A stretch of 63,193 bases of DNA, filler included, from Sluysia triapertura (GCA_046118255.1; 5 parts of 5 records of this genome joined end to end with filler, not necessarily neighbours in it); one strand, 5' to 3'. Shown: positions 1-13,753, numbered from the whole stretch's first letter. Numbers and translations are program-made. Notes: generated from the letters alone by a model not told the origin.

Positions 1-920
1 CTGCATACATCAATTTTTAAAAGTCTCGATTGGATGACCAATAATAATGCTATAAACAGAAAATTAAAAACTAAAAATTTACGTCATATGTACTTTTTTG
101 ATGAAAGTTATGATTAAACAAATGAATTGTATAGTGAATTCAAGGAATTTTCAAGAAAAATGACCTGCACTAAATTGTCACGGACATTCCTTATGTTTAG
201 TAATTTTAAAACAAAGAATCTATGTTCGTGTTATCATAATGATATTATTGATAACATTATAAACAGTGGATATTCAAATTCAAGTGTTAGTGATTTAAAT
301 ATGATAACTAACTCCTAAACAACCTTGAGAAATTCAACAATAAATGTTAATTTTATAAATAGTGGAGAAAGCCATTTTATTTTGTTCACACCTTCCAATA
401 TGTTAAATAATGAATTGGTAGTAAACCGCAAAAAAATCATAAAATTAGGGAGACTCAGTATATTAATATCAAAAGAGACACAGACGAGCTACAATGAAAT
501 TTTATTTATAATTCTTTAACGATCTTTAACGCGTTAAACTTTTTCTATGAGTTGATTCAAAATTAAAGTATTTACACGGATGTAATTTCATTATCCGAAC
601 AATTTACTAAACTAGTAGTGAAGTATAAAACCGAAAATAATTATAAACGCCCTAAACTCGTATTATCCATGAAATGGCGTCTGAATCAGTACTCTATACG
701 TAAATTTCTTTAACGATTATAACAGTTAGAGGATCTTATACTTAATATAAATTCTCAACCAATCACAAATTTTTCTTCGAGTTTACTTTAATTTTTATGC
801 CTATAAATTTGACTCGAAACTTCTTAAATTATAGTTTAGTCGATTTATTTGAATTTTACAAATATATTTAATTATTACCTTTCAATTTTAACAAGAAATA
901 ATAAATAATAGAAAAACATA
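1..920 (+). mobile_element. Family 1 cargo element, copy A (5' part outside the window)
   Basis: GATTGGATGACCAA at 28-41 is the 3' arm of the CCAAT inverted repeat seen in copies C, E and G. It is followed by decayed ORFs (127-519), and 880-920 resembles the 3' end of copy E. End approximate. Confidence 0.5.
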
Positions 921-1172
921 AACGTCTATTACGAAATACTTAACTTTTTTTAAATAAATAATATGAGCAGAATAATAATTAAACAGATAATTCAGAACTA
1001 AACATTTTAAACATTTTATTGATGATTTTGAATGATTTGTGTGTGGAAGGCAATGCATATTTAAATTTAAAAAGTTTTGAAATAATTTTATTTTTATTTA
1101 CATTAAACATTATTTTTAATAAATAAATTACGGCTAAATTGAAACGATTTGAAAACATTAATTTTGTATTTA

Positions 1173-1959
1173 TTAACATGGCTTAAGGCCTGAAACAATT
1201 GAAAACAAAGACGTAATTACTAAATTTAATAAATTGACAAAATTTGTGAACAGAAAAAAATTAACATTTGTATAACAATATAATAAATATGTAGATAAAA
1301 ATTGGATAAAAATAACCAGTTCAATAGTAACACCACTGGTAAGATCACGTACTTGATAGATGTTAATTTCAATATTGGAAACGTTTAGCAATTCCACCAG
1401 GCTATCTTTGCCTATATTTATTGCATTAACGGTGAAAGGTGGTTTTTGAATGCCATTATTAAATTCGTAGAGACACTTTGCTAGTTTAGTGACTAAAACA
1501 TGCGCATTTCCACAATCAATGTGTGGATAATTCATAAGTTTTACATTATCAACAAGACTTTGTCATTAGCATTAATTTCTAAAGCATAAAAACTGTATGA
1601 ACCAATAGAAGCTACTTCTAAATTTACATTACTTTTTGGTGGTATATAGGTGACACTTTCAAATGAGACGTAACGCCAATTTTTATCATAATAATCGGTA
1701 AATTACTTTATATGGGTTTATATTTATCGAGCAATGAAAATTTAACTTGTCTACTACAATTACTTCCACATTTTACACTATTATCAGTAATATCAAAATG
1801 AACTACACAATAGTACGGATTTGAAAATAAACAACAATGATTTGTTAATTCAAACTTATCCTTACAAAAGGGAGCTTCGTGCATATTGTCCACTGTACAT
1901 TTTGTATTAGCAAAAAGGAGTTCATGGAAACTTGTAAGCAATGTTAAAATTAACAACAT
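1173..1959 (-). CDS. Hypothetical Cys-rich secreted/membrane protein, broken into several frames (tiny introns or frameshifts)
   Basis: ORF 1959-1708 begins with a signal-peptide-like MLLILTLLTSF and is Cys-rich. A linking open frame (NWRYVSFESV...) and ORF 1535-1173 with a hydrophobic C-terminus follow. No family recognised. Confidence 0.35.
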
Positions 1960-4396
1960 ATTATCGATTAAAATTTTATTATTTTTTAAATTTTTATCAT
2001 TATAATAAAAAAGTAATAATATTATGGAATCTATGTAAATGAAGTTTTTTCATTTAAAAATTGTACAGTTGAAAGTGCTGAAATATAACCATAAGTAACT
2101 GTTACACAATAAATTTTAATTTAGACTGAAATAAAGCTTTAATTCATTTTTATGGATTTAAGTCGATTCATAATTTTAATTGTTTAATTTTCATTTAAAA
2201 ATTTATTCTATTGCATAATTACACATTAGCATTATAAATACAATAATTAAATTTAATATGAATATTTTATTAAATTAATAAATTTCATTGACAAATCTTT
2301 TATCGATGCTGATTATGTTCAGGTACACTTTCATCTTATTTGACTAGATTTTAAGCGATATCGTTTCATGATCAAAATTCAGTTAGATCAGTTGGTGAAT
2401 GTCATTTTCCATATTCAACTTCATTATAATATAATTTTTATGTTATTCACACTTATGAATTCAAAATTGCATTTACTGAAACAATTCTGTTAATATGTTT
2501 TGAAATTTGATATCATTTTTCTACAACAAAGATTATTTCGTCATATATAAATCTATAAAAATGAATTTTATTAGATATTCTAACTTTATCAATATTAAGT
2601 TCATTAGGTTCATTAGGTTCTTTTGTAGAAGCCAAATTATCTGGTTTTGTTTGATTATCGACTTTGGACGATTGTTTTTCAGGTTTGATTTTTGATAAAT
2701 CTGATAAATTTTTATTGTCAATTTTCGGTTCTATTATAGTAATTGATCTTCTGCTACTTCCTTGTGATCTTGATATAGTTTTTATTGATTCTGAATCTGA
2801 ATTTCTTTTAAGTGGTTCTGGCTGACTTTTAATAATTTGTTTTGATGTATTTATATCAGGTGTAATTGATTACGTATCTATATTTTCATCTTCCTTAACA
2901 TTAGTTGGTGCTTGTTGATTCTGCATTTGTTTAAGATTCTTGAATTGTTGCTTACTATCATACTTATAATTTTATAATTCGTTCTTGCATTACTTTAAAA
3001 CGAAAATCACTATTAACTATTTATAATTAAAGTACAATTTGTTGCTGTTATTATTGTGGCACACTATTAATTTTAGTAGCATATAAAAATAGCCATAATC
3101 AATTTAATACGTTGCAGTAATCTATTTTTTGATTTATTGAAATTTTTCTGGGTTGTAATAAGGATATAAAAGGTTTGTGATTTAATATAAAAAATTCACT
3201 GAGGTAATGCGTTTGAGAGACAAAAAACATGGAGTATCTTTAATTTTCTACATGGTTTACCAGCTGTTCTGCAATATTCATAAGTTTCTGTACTCTCTTG
3301 TCGTATACTCTTCTTTTGCAATGACAAGACAACGATATAATTTCATCAAATTTTATTAATAAAATTGTTTAGCTTCTTTGATTTTCATTAATAGTACTGC
3401 TGCTAGCATTATGTTCTTCGTCATAGTCACGATTATCATACTCATTATTTTTTATTTTATTATTATTTTACGTATTTATATTATTTTATATAAACTTGGT
3501 ATACCGTAATAAATCATTCAAAAACTTAAAACTAATACGATCATACCAACCAATTACTTTTAATTAACTCCAAATCCAAATTAAAGATGTATCAGCATTA
3601 GATCAAATCCGGCAGGAAGAATGATCGTGTGTGGACATAAGTATCAAATTTAATTAAAAAATGGCGATATTTTGGAATTTTATTTCACAACTCAAACAAA
3701 CTTGTTCCATTTTTAATTTGTTTATTCCACTTAACATAATTTAATTTTTTTCTACAAATTATAAATTAAAAATTACATAGAATTTCTCTACTCCAATCTA
3801 CATTAGACATTTACTTGCTTGTTCTCATGAAAAGTAGCTTTCACGTCAAAGTTCTATTAATGGAAGTCATTTTTAGAAATAATAAAATTGCTTAGTTCTT
3901 TATTATAAGCAGTAATTTCATTTAACTTTGAAATTATTAATAATTCATTCAATACCGATAAATGTATTTCTGCCCAGAGATTTATTTTTAAAGTACTTCT
4001 TGGAAGACATAATTTATAGAATATAAGTCTTTAGCTAACTATCTTGTACTTTACTTTTGGTTATAAATAATTAAAAATGCATCCATAATATAAAATATAT
4101 TTCTATGACTATTCATAAAGCTTATTCATTGTCAAATTCTTTAATCAATCATGCTACATTTTTTGAATCTTATGTGAAATTAAGTAATTGTTTATTTTAT
4201 TGCTGATCATTAAATAATTTGTTTAATTTTGTAATCACATAGTTATATAAACGCGTTCTTATTTTAATTTTAACTATGTAGGAATTAATTATATAGATCA
4301 ATGATATTTTTCTACTCTTTTTTCAAATGATTTTTTAATATTTCAAAATTTAAAATAAAGTATTGCAAATTATCCTTCATTTATTTCATTATATAA

Positions 4397-4828
4397 ATGA
4401 AAAATTCTTCTGTTTTTCTTTTGAAAGGTAGACTATCAAAGTCTTTTATTCCTCTTCACGTTCTTCTAATTATTAATGAGATATTTTTAGCAATTTTTTA
4501 TTCATTAGAAATTATATGTTTTATTTACAAAGGAGAATCATTGGTTTATAAATATGGAATAATAAGTGGAGAAATTGTTTTATTATTCGTTATGTTGATG
4601 TTCGATATTATTCGGATTCAATTAGGAAAATATGGAAATCTCGCTGAAAATAAGATAGAAGTGATTTTTTCTTTTATTATTTCATTATTATTAATTATTG
4701 GACATGTGTTTTTTGTGGCATGGCAAACTTATGTATTATATGCAGAATTTATAGCGGGTTTAATTGGAATAAGCTTTCATGTTCTATGTGTTTTATTCTG
4801 TGTTATATCTATTGCTTTAATTGCATAA
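4397..4828 (+). CDS. TMEM216: Transmembrane protein 216 (Transmemb_17 family, ciliary transition zone)
   Basis: 143 aa with four hydrophobic segments. Motifs S..PL, F.YKG, IR..LG..GNL and QTYVL..E match TMEM216/TMEM17; AATAAA follows the stop. Confidence 0.85.
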   Translation: MKNSSVFLLKGRLSKSFIPLHVLLIINEIFLAIFYSLEIICFIYKGESLVYKYGIISGEIVLLFVMLMFDIIRIQLGKYGNLAENKIEVIFSFIISLLLIIGHVFFVAWQTYVLYAEFIAGLIGISFHVLCVLFCVISIALIA

Positions 4829-5533
4829 AATAAATGAGTATTTGTTTCTTAAATTAAATATTGTGAAAATATTTTATGATAAAGTTTAAATATTTTTCTA
4901 CAATAATATAATAAATGCAATAGCTACCTTTTTTCATTTAAAATAAATCATTGTAGAGTAGATTAAATTTGGAATAAACTTAATATAAAAAATATTCTAA
5001 AATATAAATTATATATGACTAAAAAGTTTTGTAGCATTATTTTTAAAAACTAATTTATAATAAATCAAGTTTTGGAAAGATTATTACAGTCAGTGTCTCT
5101 AAAAGTTTCAAACATATATAGTTTCATGACATATAGTTATGTTCATATATGAGTGTACATTTTATGAGAATATATTTTCAATCATTTCTTTGTTAATTGC
5201 ATTTCAACTGAATTTCATAAGAACTTAAGAACTATGTATCACCTATTAAATTATTTATAAGTTATCGCTTAGTAATTACATAATATAAATTGGTTTCGAA
5301 TTTCGGTTAAGATTTATTTCAATCTTAATGCCGAATATTGAAAATCGAGAGATTTTATTTCAAATCTCATCCCAGACTTAAATTCCACGAAGCTTAAAAT
5401 TATTTTCCGCGTATAATTCATATTAAATTAACTTTTGATTAATATAATAAAAATTATATCTATAATAAAAATACAACATAAAATACTCACTAAAAAGTTT
5501 TATAAAATTTTATTTAAATTATGTAAATTGTCT

Positions 5534-5845
5534 CTAATACTTTGTAACGCTACGGAATTTTCCACACAAAAGGCTGATTTTTGGACAATTCTTTACATCA
5601 AATGGAAACCAAAGACTTGTAAATTGATATTCTTTATTATTAGTATTCTGAGCACAAGAAAGGCCAAATTGTTTAATGGAAATATCAAATTCTAAATGAG
5701 TCGTTTCTTCACCTTCATTAACTAGATAGACTTTTTCTTTCTTAAAAGTCTCAGGTAACTTATATTGAACTTCATAATTATTATTCTCACTATTATACAC
5801 TGAGAATTCCTTAGTGACCACCACATCATCAGCAAGGGAATCCAT
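5534..5845 (-). CDS. Hypothetical protein/exon
   Basis: 103-aa ATG-initiated ORF with protein-like composition and a possible GT..AG intron at about 5540-5490. No homology recognised. Confidence 0.3.
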   Translation of the reverse strand: MDSLADDVVVTKEFSVYNSENNNYEVQYKLPETFKKEKVYLVNEGEETTHLEFDISIKQFGLSCAQNTNNKEYQFTSLWFPFDVKNCPKISLLCGKFRSVTKY

Positions 5846-6127
5846 GTTTAAAAAAATATATAAATCATTTTTAGTACTTTAGATTCCAATTTATTAATCA
5901 CATTCATTAAAATTTGTTTAATGTTAAGCAAGTTACAAAGTGATTTCAACTTGTTTAGACATTTTGAATTTAACGGTGAATTAAAATTAAAATTCGTTAC
6001 TGAACATGAATTTAGGGTACCGAATATTGAGTAAGAAGAAAAACAGTTGTGGTATTTAACTAAATAATCATCAAGTTTTATCAGTATCAGCTTCTGAAAT
6101 TATAAAACATAATAATTATAATAATAA

Positions 6128-6350
6128 TGTTAGGTTGTTATAATGACCCTCTAAATTCATTTAAAATTCTTTAAAATTATTTCTAAATCTCTAAAAATAC
6201 TTTAAAAATATTTATTTTCTAAAAAAGAAAATTCGCTTCTAAATATAGAACAGAAACTTCTAGAATGTTCTAGAACATTTCATCAATTCCTAGTGGCTGA
6301 TGATTAATTTATATACTAGGCAACAGTGACACTATTATTTTATTATAGTC
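6128..6350 (+). mobile_element. Family 2 LTR-like element, 5' fragment
   Basis: Starts TGTTAGGTTG like the copies at 43929 (+) and 12582 (-); shares the GCTTCTAAA...TTCTAGAATGTTCTAGAA block and a TATA-like site. Confidence 0.7.
6253..6275. promoter_or_regulatory. Heat-shock element (5 alternating nGAAn units)
   Basis: GAA-AC-TTC-TA-GAA-TG-TTC-TA-GAA, canonical HSE spacing, about 35 bp upstream of TTATATA. Confidence 0.7.
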
Positions 6351-7190
6351 AATTATACTATTATTATTATATGGCCTCCCAACAATTGTATTTTGAAATC
6401 TTCGGACATAACTTATTCGTAAAATTAAACATAAACATAAAATAAAAATCAATAATAAAATTTTTTTCTTAAATTATCATAAAAATATAGATATTTCATG
6501 TACCATCAAAAAATATTTATTTAATATAGAAATATTAAAAATAATGATAATAGAAATAACTAGCAAGAACAGGAATAAAAATAATAATTTTTATGATAAT
6601 AAAATAAAAATAATAATGTTAATAATTAAAACAATAACGAAAACTTAAAAATCTTTCAAAATTCTTTCTTTTCAACTTGTAAATATTTAAAATAATCTTG
6701 ATTAATTTTTTATAATGATTAGATTGTGGAGAGGTTATATTTTGAGAATTATTGAGATAAAATGTAAAATATACAATGACATGAACAATAATTTTTAGAA
6801 CGGTTGTTTTGAAGTGATTGCTAATTCTGATAAGATTCGTGGAGAGAGTGTAATATCAAATTCAGTTTACTTTAAAATATCTCTTAAATTATTAATTATT
6901 TAAGTGTTGTATCTTTATTTTTTTGCGAAATAATGCATTTCAAAATCGACAATATGTCAAAGATAATTAATCTGATAAAGCTTCATTATTAGATCGTGTA
7001 GAATGTAATACATAATTAATCCAGTGATGACTTACAAAATGACTATAAATCTTCCGTTAAAGAAATGCAACTATATTTTACTAATATACAAAAAGATGAA
7101 GTAGAGCTAGTCTGGATGACAACTTAGATGAGTATATATTAGAAAACAATGACAGAATATATAAATACACCCCTGAAAGATAAATAAAAT

Positions 7191-7855
7191 ACATAAAATC
7201 AATAAACCTTGACGCCCGTATTAACAACATTAAAACATATACTTTTTCAGATTTTTAAAACATCGATTTTTATATACTCTATGGTTAAACCACTATAAAT
7301 ATTCATTTCGCGAGATTTAGGTGTAATTTTGGAACATAACTATAATCATATTCTGTTATTATGTATACACAAATAGATTAGATTCAATTTTTACTTTTTA
7401 TATAGTTTTCATTTCGTAATAATGAAAATAATGTAAAAGTACATTTTTATTTAATCTTCTGTAATAAGACTTATTTAGTTAAACACTCTTCAAGCATAAT
7501 AATTTCAATTAAAAGTTATAAACTACTGCAAATAATATTCGGCCTGTCAAATCTGATGATATAAACCTTTTAAGTGTTGCGTCTTTCATAATTTTGATTT
7601 TAAATTATCAAATTATAACTCAATTACAAAACAAATTCGGAATCTCGATATATTCTTTAAAATATCACAATTATACAATGAAAATTCTTTTATAATAATA
7701 AACCTCTATTATAAATAAAACTAATTATTCTTTTAATAACAAAATGTTTATAACTTCAAATTTATAAATCTCTAAATATTAAAAATCACTACTAGAGGTG
7801 ACACAACTTACATAAAATCAATAAACGTTGACATCCGTATTAACAACACTAAAAA
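7191..7855 (+). repeat. ~45-bp imperfect direct repeat pair (about 7191-7236 and 7810-7855)
   Basis: ACATAAAATCAATAAAC(C/G)TTGAC(GC/AT)CCGTATTAACAACA occurs twice. Confidence 0.75.
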
Positions 7856-8071
7856 TAACAAATAAAAAAGCATATCATTTATATATTTTTGTCACTGCTG
7901 AAGCTAAAGCTAAAAAGTCATCCATTTCTTCTTTATTGTTCCTTGCTTTTGTGTTCTGATTTTTCTACAAAAATGTGACTGCTTATATAGCAGTTGACTA
8001 TCATATGGGAGATTGAAAATTGGAAATTGGACAAGACGGAAATTAAACATTTCATTAGTTTTGGGTGATAT

Positions 8072-10658
8072 TGTTGTGAAAAAGTTTATGTTTATTAGAT
8101 AGATAATTATTAGGTGTAATTGAATCAAAATAAAGTTTATTGTAAAAATGTAAGAAATAATTTTATTAAATCTATCTAATAAATATTTATTAACAGATAT
8201 TACTGAAGTACATCTATTAAAAGTTTTTTGGTAACTATTAAAAATCTTTAAACCGCTTGATTTACTATTAAATGTTTAATTAAAGAAAAATTATCAAATG
8301 ATTAATGTTGAAACATCGTTGAACATATTGAGGGTATGACATTAAACAAATCTATATCAGAAAAAAATCAAATAAAAAAGAATAATAATAAATAGTATAC
8401 GTTTATGTTTGTTGTATAATAGAATAGTTTATAAAATGTTTTTTGTATCAATCAGTGTATCGAAATGAACTGAGATATTAATTATATAATCAGTCATGTA
8501 TGTTTATGTTTAGAAACGTTGTTGAACGAACATTATGATTTTTAAATTGTTCATAAGTTAATGACAAGATGACATATTTAGCATTTTCTTTAATGTCAAG
8601 AGGTTTTGTCATTGAGATAGGTAGTGTGTTGTCAGACTGGCCGTTAGTTATATGATTAGACATATAACGGTGATTATAATTATAACTAATAATAAAATGA
8701 TTTTTTGACTACAGTTTTAAGTCGTGTATTTCATTATTATTATTGGCATCATTATTAGTAGAGTCTTCATGATTTTTATTATCGGTAAGAACTACTCTGA
8801 GAATCGAATAATACGTTAGTAATCGATTGCGACGATGCTTAATGCACTTGGAAAAGTGAAAGCAAGTGGTAGCAGTAGTTAAATCATAATTAATATGTAA
8901 ATTGTTAACGAAATTAGGGTCTGTGTTTATGACATAATTTCCTCGACTACTTTGATTATTAAGTGAAGAGCATGATCTTGACAGATTCGTAATCATAATC
9001 TCTAATTAATGCTGCAGGACGTGACTGTGATAAGAAGTTCATTTTTAAACTTTCTTCACTTTCTTGAGCTAAATCTTTCTTGATCTAAATCTTTCTTGAG
9101 CTAAATCTTTAGCTGTAGTATTATATGAAAACTCTTCTGCCTCTAAATCTTCAATAGATTTCGTATCAAATGATTGACAGAAACTATTAATTTTATTATC
9201 ACTTCGTTCAGAAATAAACATCAGATTTTTAACTTGATTAGCTTGATGAAAAGAGTTTTTATTGATTTGTGAACAACTAAAATTATCATTAATAAGAAGT
9301 TTTATTGAAATAAAGATCTGGTATGATGAAACATTTGTAGCAGTTTCATTATATTTCATAGTCAGAAGTACTTTAAGGATAAGGATATTGTTGTATCATT
9401 GTAGAACTAAATCTTTTTTAGTAGTATTTTTTAAAATTGCCATTGATCGTAATTTTTCTGATTTTTGTTTACACAGTTTTGCTGGCCGCATTAATAAAAT
9501 TACTTTTTAAAATTAAAGTTAATTACTTTTTGAGATTAACTTCGTTGTGCCGTTCCATTTTGATTAAAGATAGACCAATTGCTGTCGACAAGGTTTAATC
9601 AGAATTTTATTGGTCACACACATCTTCTGCAAACACATAGACACCAACAAAATCTTGACCAGTATGGATCGATCAAAAACCGGCCAGGAACAATAAATGC
9701 ATAATTAATAATTTTGATTGATGTCGTCAGATTTCGACATTTTAATTAATTTTTAAATACATGAAATTTAGAAATAATGATAATGATAATAATAAGAATA
9801 AGAATAAAATAAAAATAATTTCTTGTTCACTAACTATTGCACTTATCAACTCTTAATTTTTCTACAAAAATGCTGATGACCTCTAAGTTTATTAATCATA
9901 TTACTTAACATAGTTCGTTTTTGTTTAGCATAATTAAAAACTTCAACAGCTTTTGCTTTTGATTTTGTGGTTCATTATTATTGATTCTTTATGTAATTTT
10001 ATCAATAGATGTAGACAATTTACAAATGCAATTATCAATATCAAGGTTATCATTTGTAATATACTTATAATTCATTGAAGTTATTCATCTAATGAAAGGA
10101 AAGCATCATCATGATAATCATCAATAATCACTGTTCATTTTTTCAAGTTTTTTCTGCAATTCAATTTCGAATTGTTTCTTTTCATATTCAATCCATCTCG
10201 TTATTCTTTTTCTATCTTACTCAATTTAGTTTTTACTATTTTAGTGTTTCCTTTTTTATTATCCTGTATTTGTGTAGAATTATTATGGTTATGATTATTG
10301 GTTATATTTAGATGTTCTATATTACTTGAGCTTGTTTATTAAACACTAATATTCGAGTGATTAGAGACATGGATAGTGAATAAATAATATGTTAACTATG
10401 ATCTTCATGTTCGTTGTTAGTGAAGGAAGAGAAAAACAGATAAAGATAAAAAATAAAAATTATGAAGAAATGTGGTATGATAATATAAACAAGATTAGAA
10501 GTATTAAAAGAAATTCCATTTAGTTCACTGTTATTTTTAATATTTTAAATAAAAATTTAATGATTTTTGATGTAATGTGTACACTGAGTGATGTAAAAAT
10601 GTGATTTTTAGTGTAGTATGTTGTATTAAGATTTTGTGTACAGATGTTGGCCACCACA
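8072..10658 (-). mobile_element. Family 1 cargo element, copy B
   Basis: The minus strand begins TGTGGTGGCCAAC (10658) and ends CACAACA (8072), with GTGATA flanking both sides (8065-8070, 10659-10664). The leader is similar to copy F; decayed ORFs lie at 9440-8709. Confidence 0.85.
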
Positions 10659-11403
10659 GTGATAAGCCGACCAATTTTAATAATTAATTTCCGCCTGTGT
10701 CCAATTTCATTATTTTTTGTAATTATCGAAGATAATGGGATTTGTGATAAACAATTTCCTTATCTTTTCAACATCATTAAATTAAAATTTACTATCATTA
10801 TTATATAGTTATTATATCAATAACGCAATTTATTAACTTAAATTAAGGATACAACTAATGCAATAATAAATTTATTTTTCATAGAAATTTTTCGTATAAT
10901 ATGTTGTGCGTCAGCCGTACGTTACAAGTCAAGTTCAATACGTATCTGAATTAGTATCTTTATAAGCATCAGTTTAATAAATACTTTACTTATACATGAA
11001 TGTCGGAGTATATTTAAGTTTAATTTTAAATTATAAAAAATAATTAAAATGACAAATTTTTACGTTATCTACATCGACATGCTTCGTAACACTTTTAAAT
11101 ATACAAATTAAACTCATCATTATACACTAAATCTAATATTATTTTATGAGCAAATATTTTTTATTAATATATCAAATTAAATTAAATTACCAAATTATTA
11201 ATTAAATTAATTTATAAATGCATTTTCATTTTTTGTTTTGATTAAAATATTTTATATACTTATTTTGTTATTATAATTCATAATCTTGTCATATAAGTCA
11301 TAATCTTCTGTCTCTCCTTATTCTTCGCTAATCCCAATCCGAGAATCTTTTGATACTAATTTGATAATAAGTTGATTGTATATAGTCATTTTGCTTACAG
11401 TGA

Positions 11404-11405
<2 letters not shown>

Positions 11406-11468
<63 letters not shown>
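11406..11468. repeat. (TTA)n microsatellite
   Basis: Visible trinucleotide run. Confidence 0.95.
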
Positions 11469-11470
<2 letters not shown>

Positions 11471-11595
11471 ATCACTATCATTATTACAGTTAAAATTTTG
11501 AAACCACATTGTTGTTATTTTTCTTTATTGTTAATAGTTAATTTGTAATTATTCGTTTTATAAACATTGTATTAATTAAACTGTCTTAAAATTGC

Positions 11596-12582
11596 TGTGG
11601 TTTTTCTAATACTTAACATACGGCAAAATATTTTTTGCAGGGTTCGGTTACAGTAAGCGTCTTACAACGATTCGTTGGCACTCCTGTAACAAATAAGTTA
11701 AAGATTACTTAAAAATAAAGTCTCTGCAAAATAAATTAGCTACTAAATAAACGTAATAATTTATTAATCAATTAACACGAAAAGCTGAATTATTCTATTC
11801 AATAAAAATTCTACAAAAATTATCAAATTTATAGAAATTAATAAAGAGATAAAAACAACTAGAAAATTTTTGAGATTAAAGCTCCTAGAGCATTTAATCT
11901 AATCTTTATCAAAAAGTTTGCGTGGATTTTATCCCTCAATATATCGGGGATTTATAAAATTTTTCTAAAACAATAAATAATTTAAGCGGATTTTAAGATT
12001 TTAACTTAAAAAAGTTAAAACCAAACCTTATAAAATATACAAATTACCAAAAGTTAAAAATCGATCTCTAATTCCACTGATTTCGGGATCAACTTGATTG
12101 CATAAAATCCTAACGAATCTAGTAACTAGATTGATGGATGTTGAATAACTGATTAATCGTAGATATCTGCTTAAATGGTTAAAAATGAAAAAGACTGCTT
12201 GATTCAATGACTACTAAATTGCAAATGGCTGCTAAATTAAACACTGGCTGCTAAAATTAAAAAATGGCAATTTTCATTGTATGATGCTAGTTTATATACC
12301 AGTCATCATCCAATGAAAATCGATGGAATGTTTTAAAACATTCTAGAACATTCTAGAAGCTTCTAATCTATTTTTAGAAGCTTACTTTCTATTTTCGAAA
12401 TTCCATTTTCTTTTTTGGAAAATAATTGCTTTCTGAGTAATTTTACAAATTAATAATTGATTTTAGAATATTTTATATGTTTTTAATTAATTTTTTGTTA
12501 AATCTAATTATCTTAAATTAATTTTAAGCTATTATTTTATCATTTTTAGATCTTTTTAGAGGGTTGTGATTGCAACCTAACA
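11596..12582 (-). mobile_element. Family 2 LTR-like element, apparently complete solo copy (~990 bp)
   Basis: The minus strand reads TGTTAGGTTG...AGAAAAACCACA; both ends align with 43929-44459 and ~46293-46644. HSE array at 12341-12363. No clear TSD. Confidence 0.75.
12341..12363. promoter_or_regulatory. Heat-shock element (5 units)
   Basis: TTC-TA-GAA-CA-TTC-TA-GAA-GC-TTC. Confidence 0.7.
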
Positions 12583-13694
12583 ATGATATGTTATTAATCT
12601 GAAAATAATACTCCTACATTTTCATTAGTTAATATCATAAACCTTTTATCAAATGATCCGATCAATGGACGCATTTAAACTTTCCTTTTCTATATCACGA
12701 AGTTTACATATGATCCATTGGCATCATTCTAATTTTTATATGATACCTATTTACTTTAACTTTGTCATATTTTTGTTTTTCGAAGTTAATATAAAAGCAT
12801 GTAAATTCTTTATTATTCAATATTACTCACATTAAAATATTATCATTATGATTATATTTTATATTATATTTTCCACTTCCGACATTGTCTTTTTTTGAAT
12901 GAACTTCAAATACAACCTAAAATACAATAAGGTTAGTATATCATAAAACTTTATTGTTATTGTATCTCTTCTCTTTTCATTTTATCATTTGTATTTTTAT
13001 TTGTTAAGGAATTTTATCAATTCATTAAATTTACAAATAAACGAAATATATATATATATATTGCCAAATTAGAAGACTTTTGGAATTTTTAATTACAAAG
13101 TATTGAGTTGACAAATTATATTGACCTTCTGTGGGAGTTCTCGACCTTGTATACGCCTTTCATTTACAAACACACCTGTCATAACTATGTTTATACACAA
13201 ATGCATGTCTGATTTTGTTATGTTGTATAACGTTCTTAAGTTAACACATCAATTTTTGTTGAAGATAAACTCGCGGGGGTTATAGAATTAATTCTCTAAT
13301 TAATAAATTAAATTTAGCGATTAACGTTTTATCCAGCATGCTCATGTCTTGATGTAGTTATGGGATATTATTGTAGTAAGTTTTATTCGAAATTCTATTT
13401 AAATATGTAAACGTCGCTATTTATTTATTGTTTAATTTTGAGTTTAAACGTAAAATGACGTATTTTAAGCATCATGATAAAGCCATTTTTAATAACTACA
13501 AAATTGATTTAAATATAAATCATCCGTATAATCTAAATTTCAAAGTTATAGTAAAATATTCATAAGTAAATATTCTTTAAGTGTGTTTTACGCCAGAATT
13601 TGCAAAATCGTTTTTATTATTAAATATATTTTAATTTTTTGGTGTTAAAAAATTTTTTAATTAAAAAAATTTACCTGTTTATTTTTATTTTAGT

Positions 13695-13753
13695 CCCTAG
13701 GGGTCGCAAAAAAATTTCGATTCGTAAAGTGCGTCGCAGCACAAAAACCACTG
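13695..13753 (+). mobile_element. hAT (Charlie/Buster-like) 3' terminus remnant
   Basis: GGGGTCGC...GTCGCAGCACAAAAACCACTG followed by ATCTA, resembling hAT Charlie-type ends. Confidence 0.35.
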
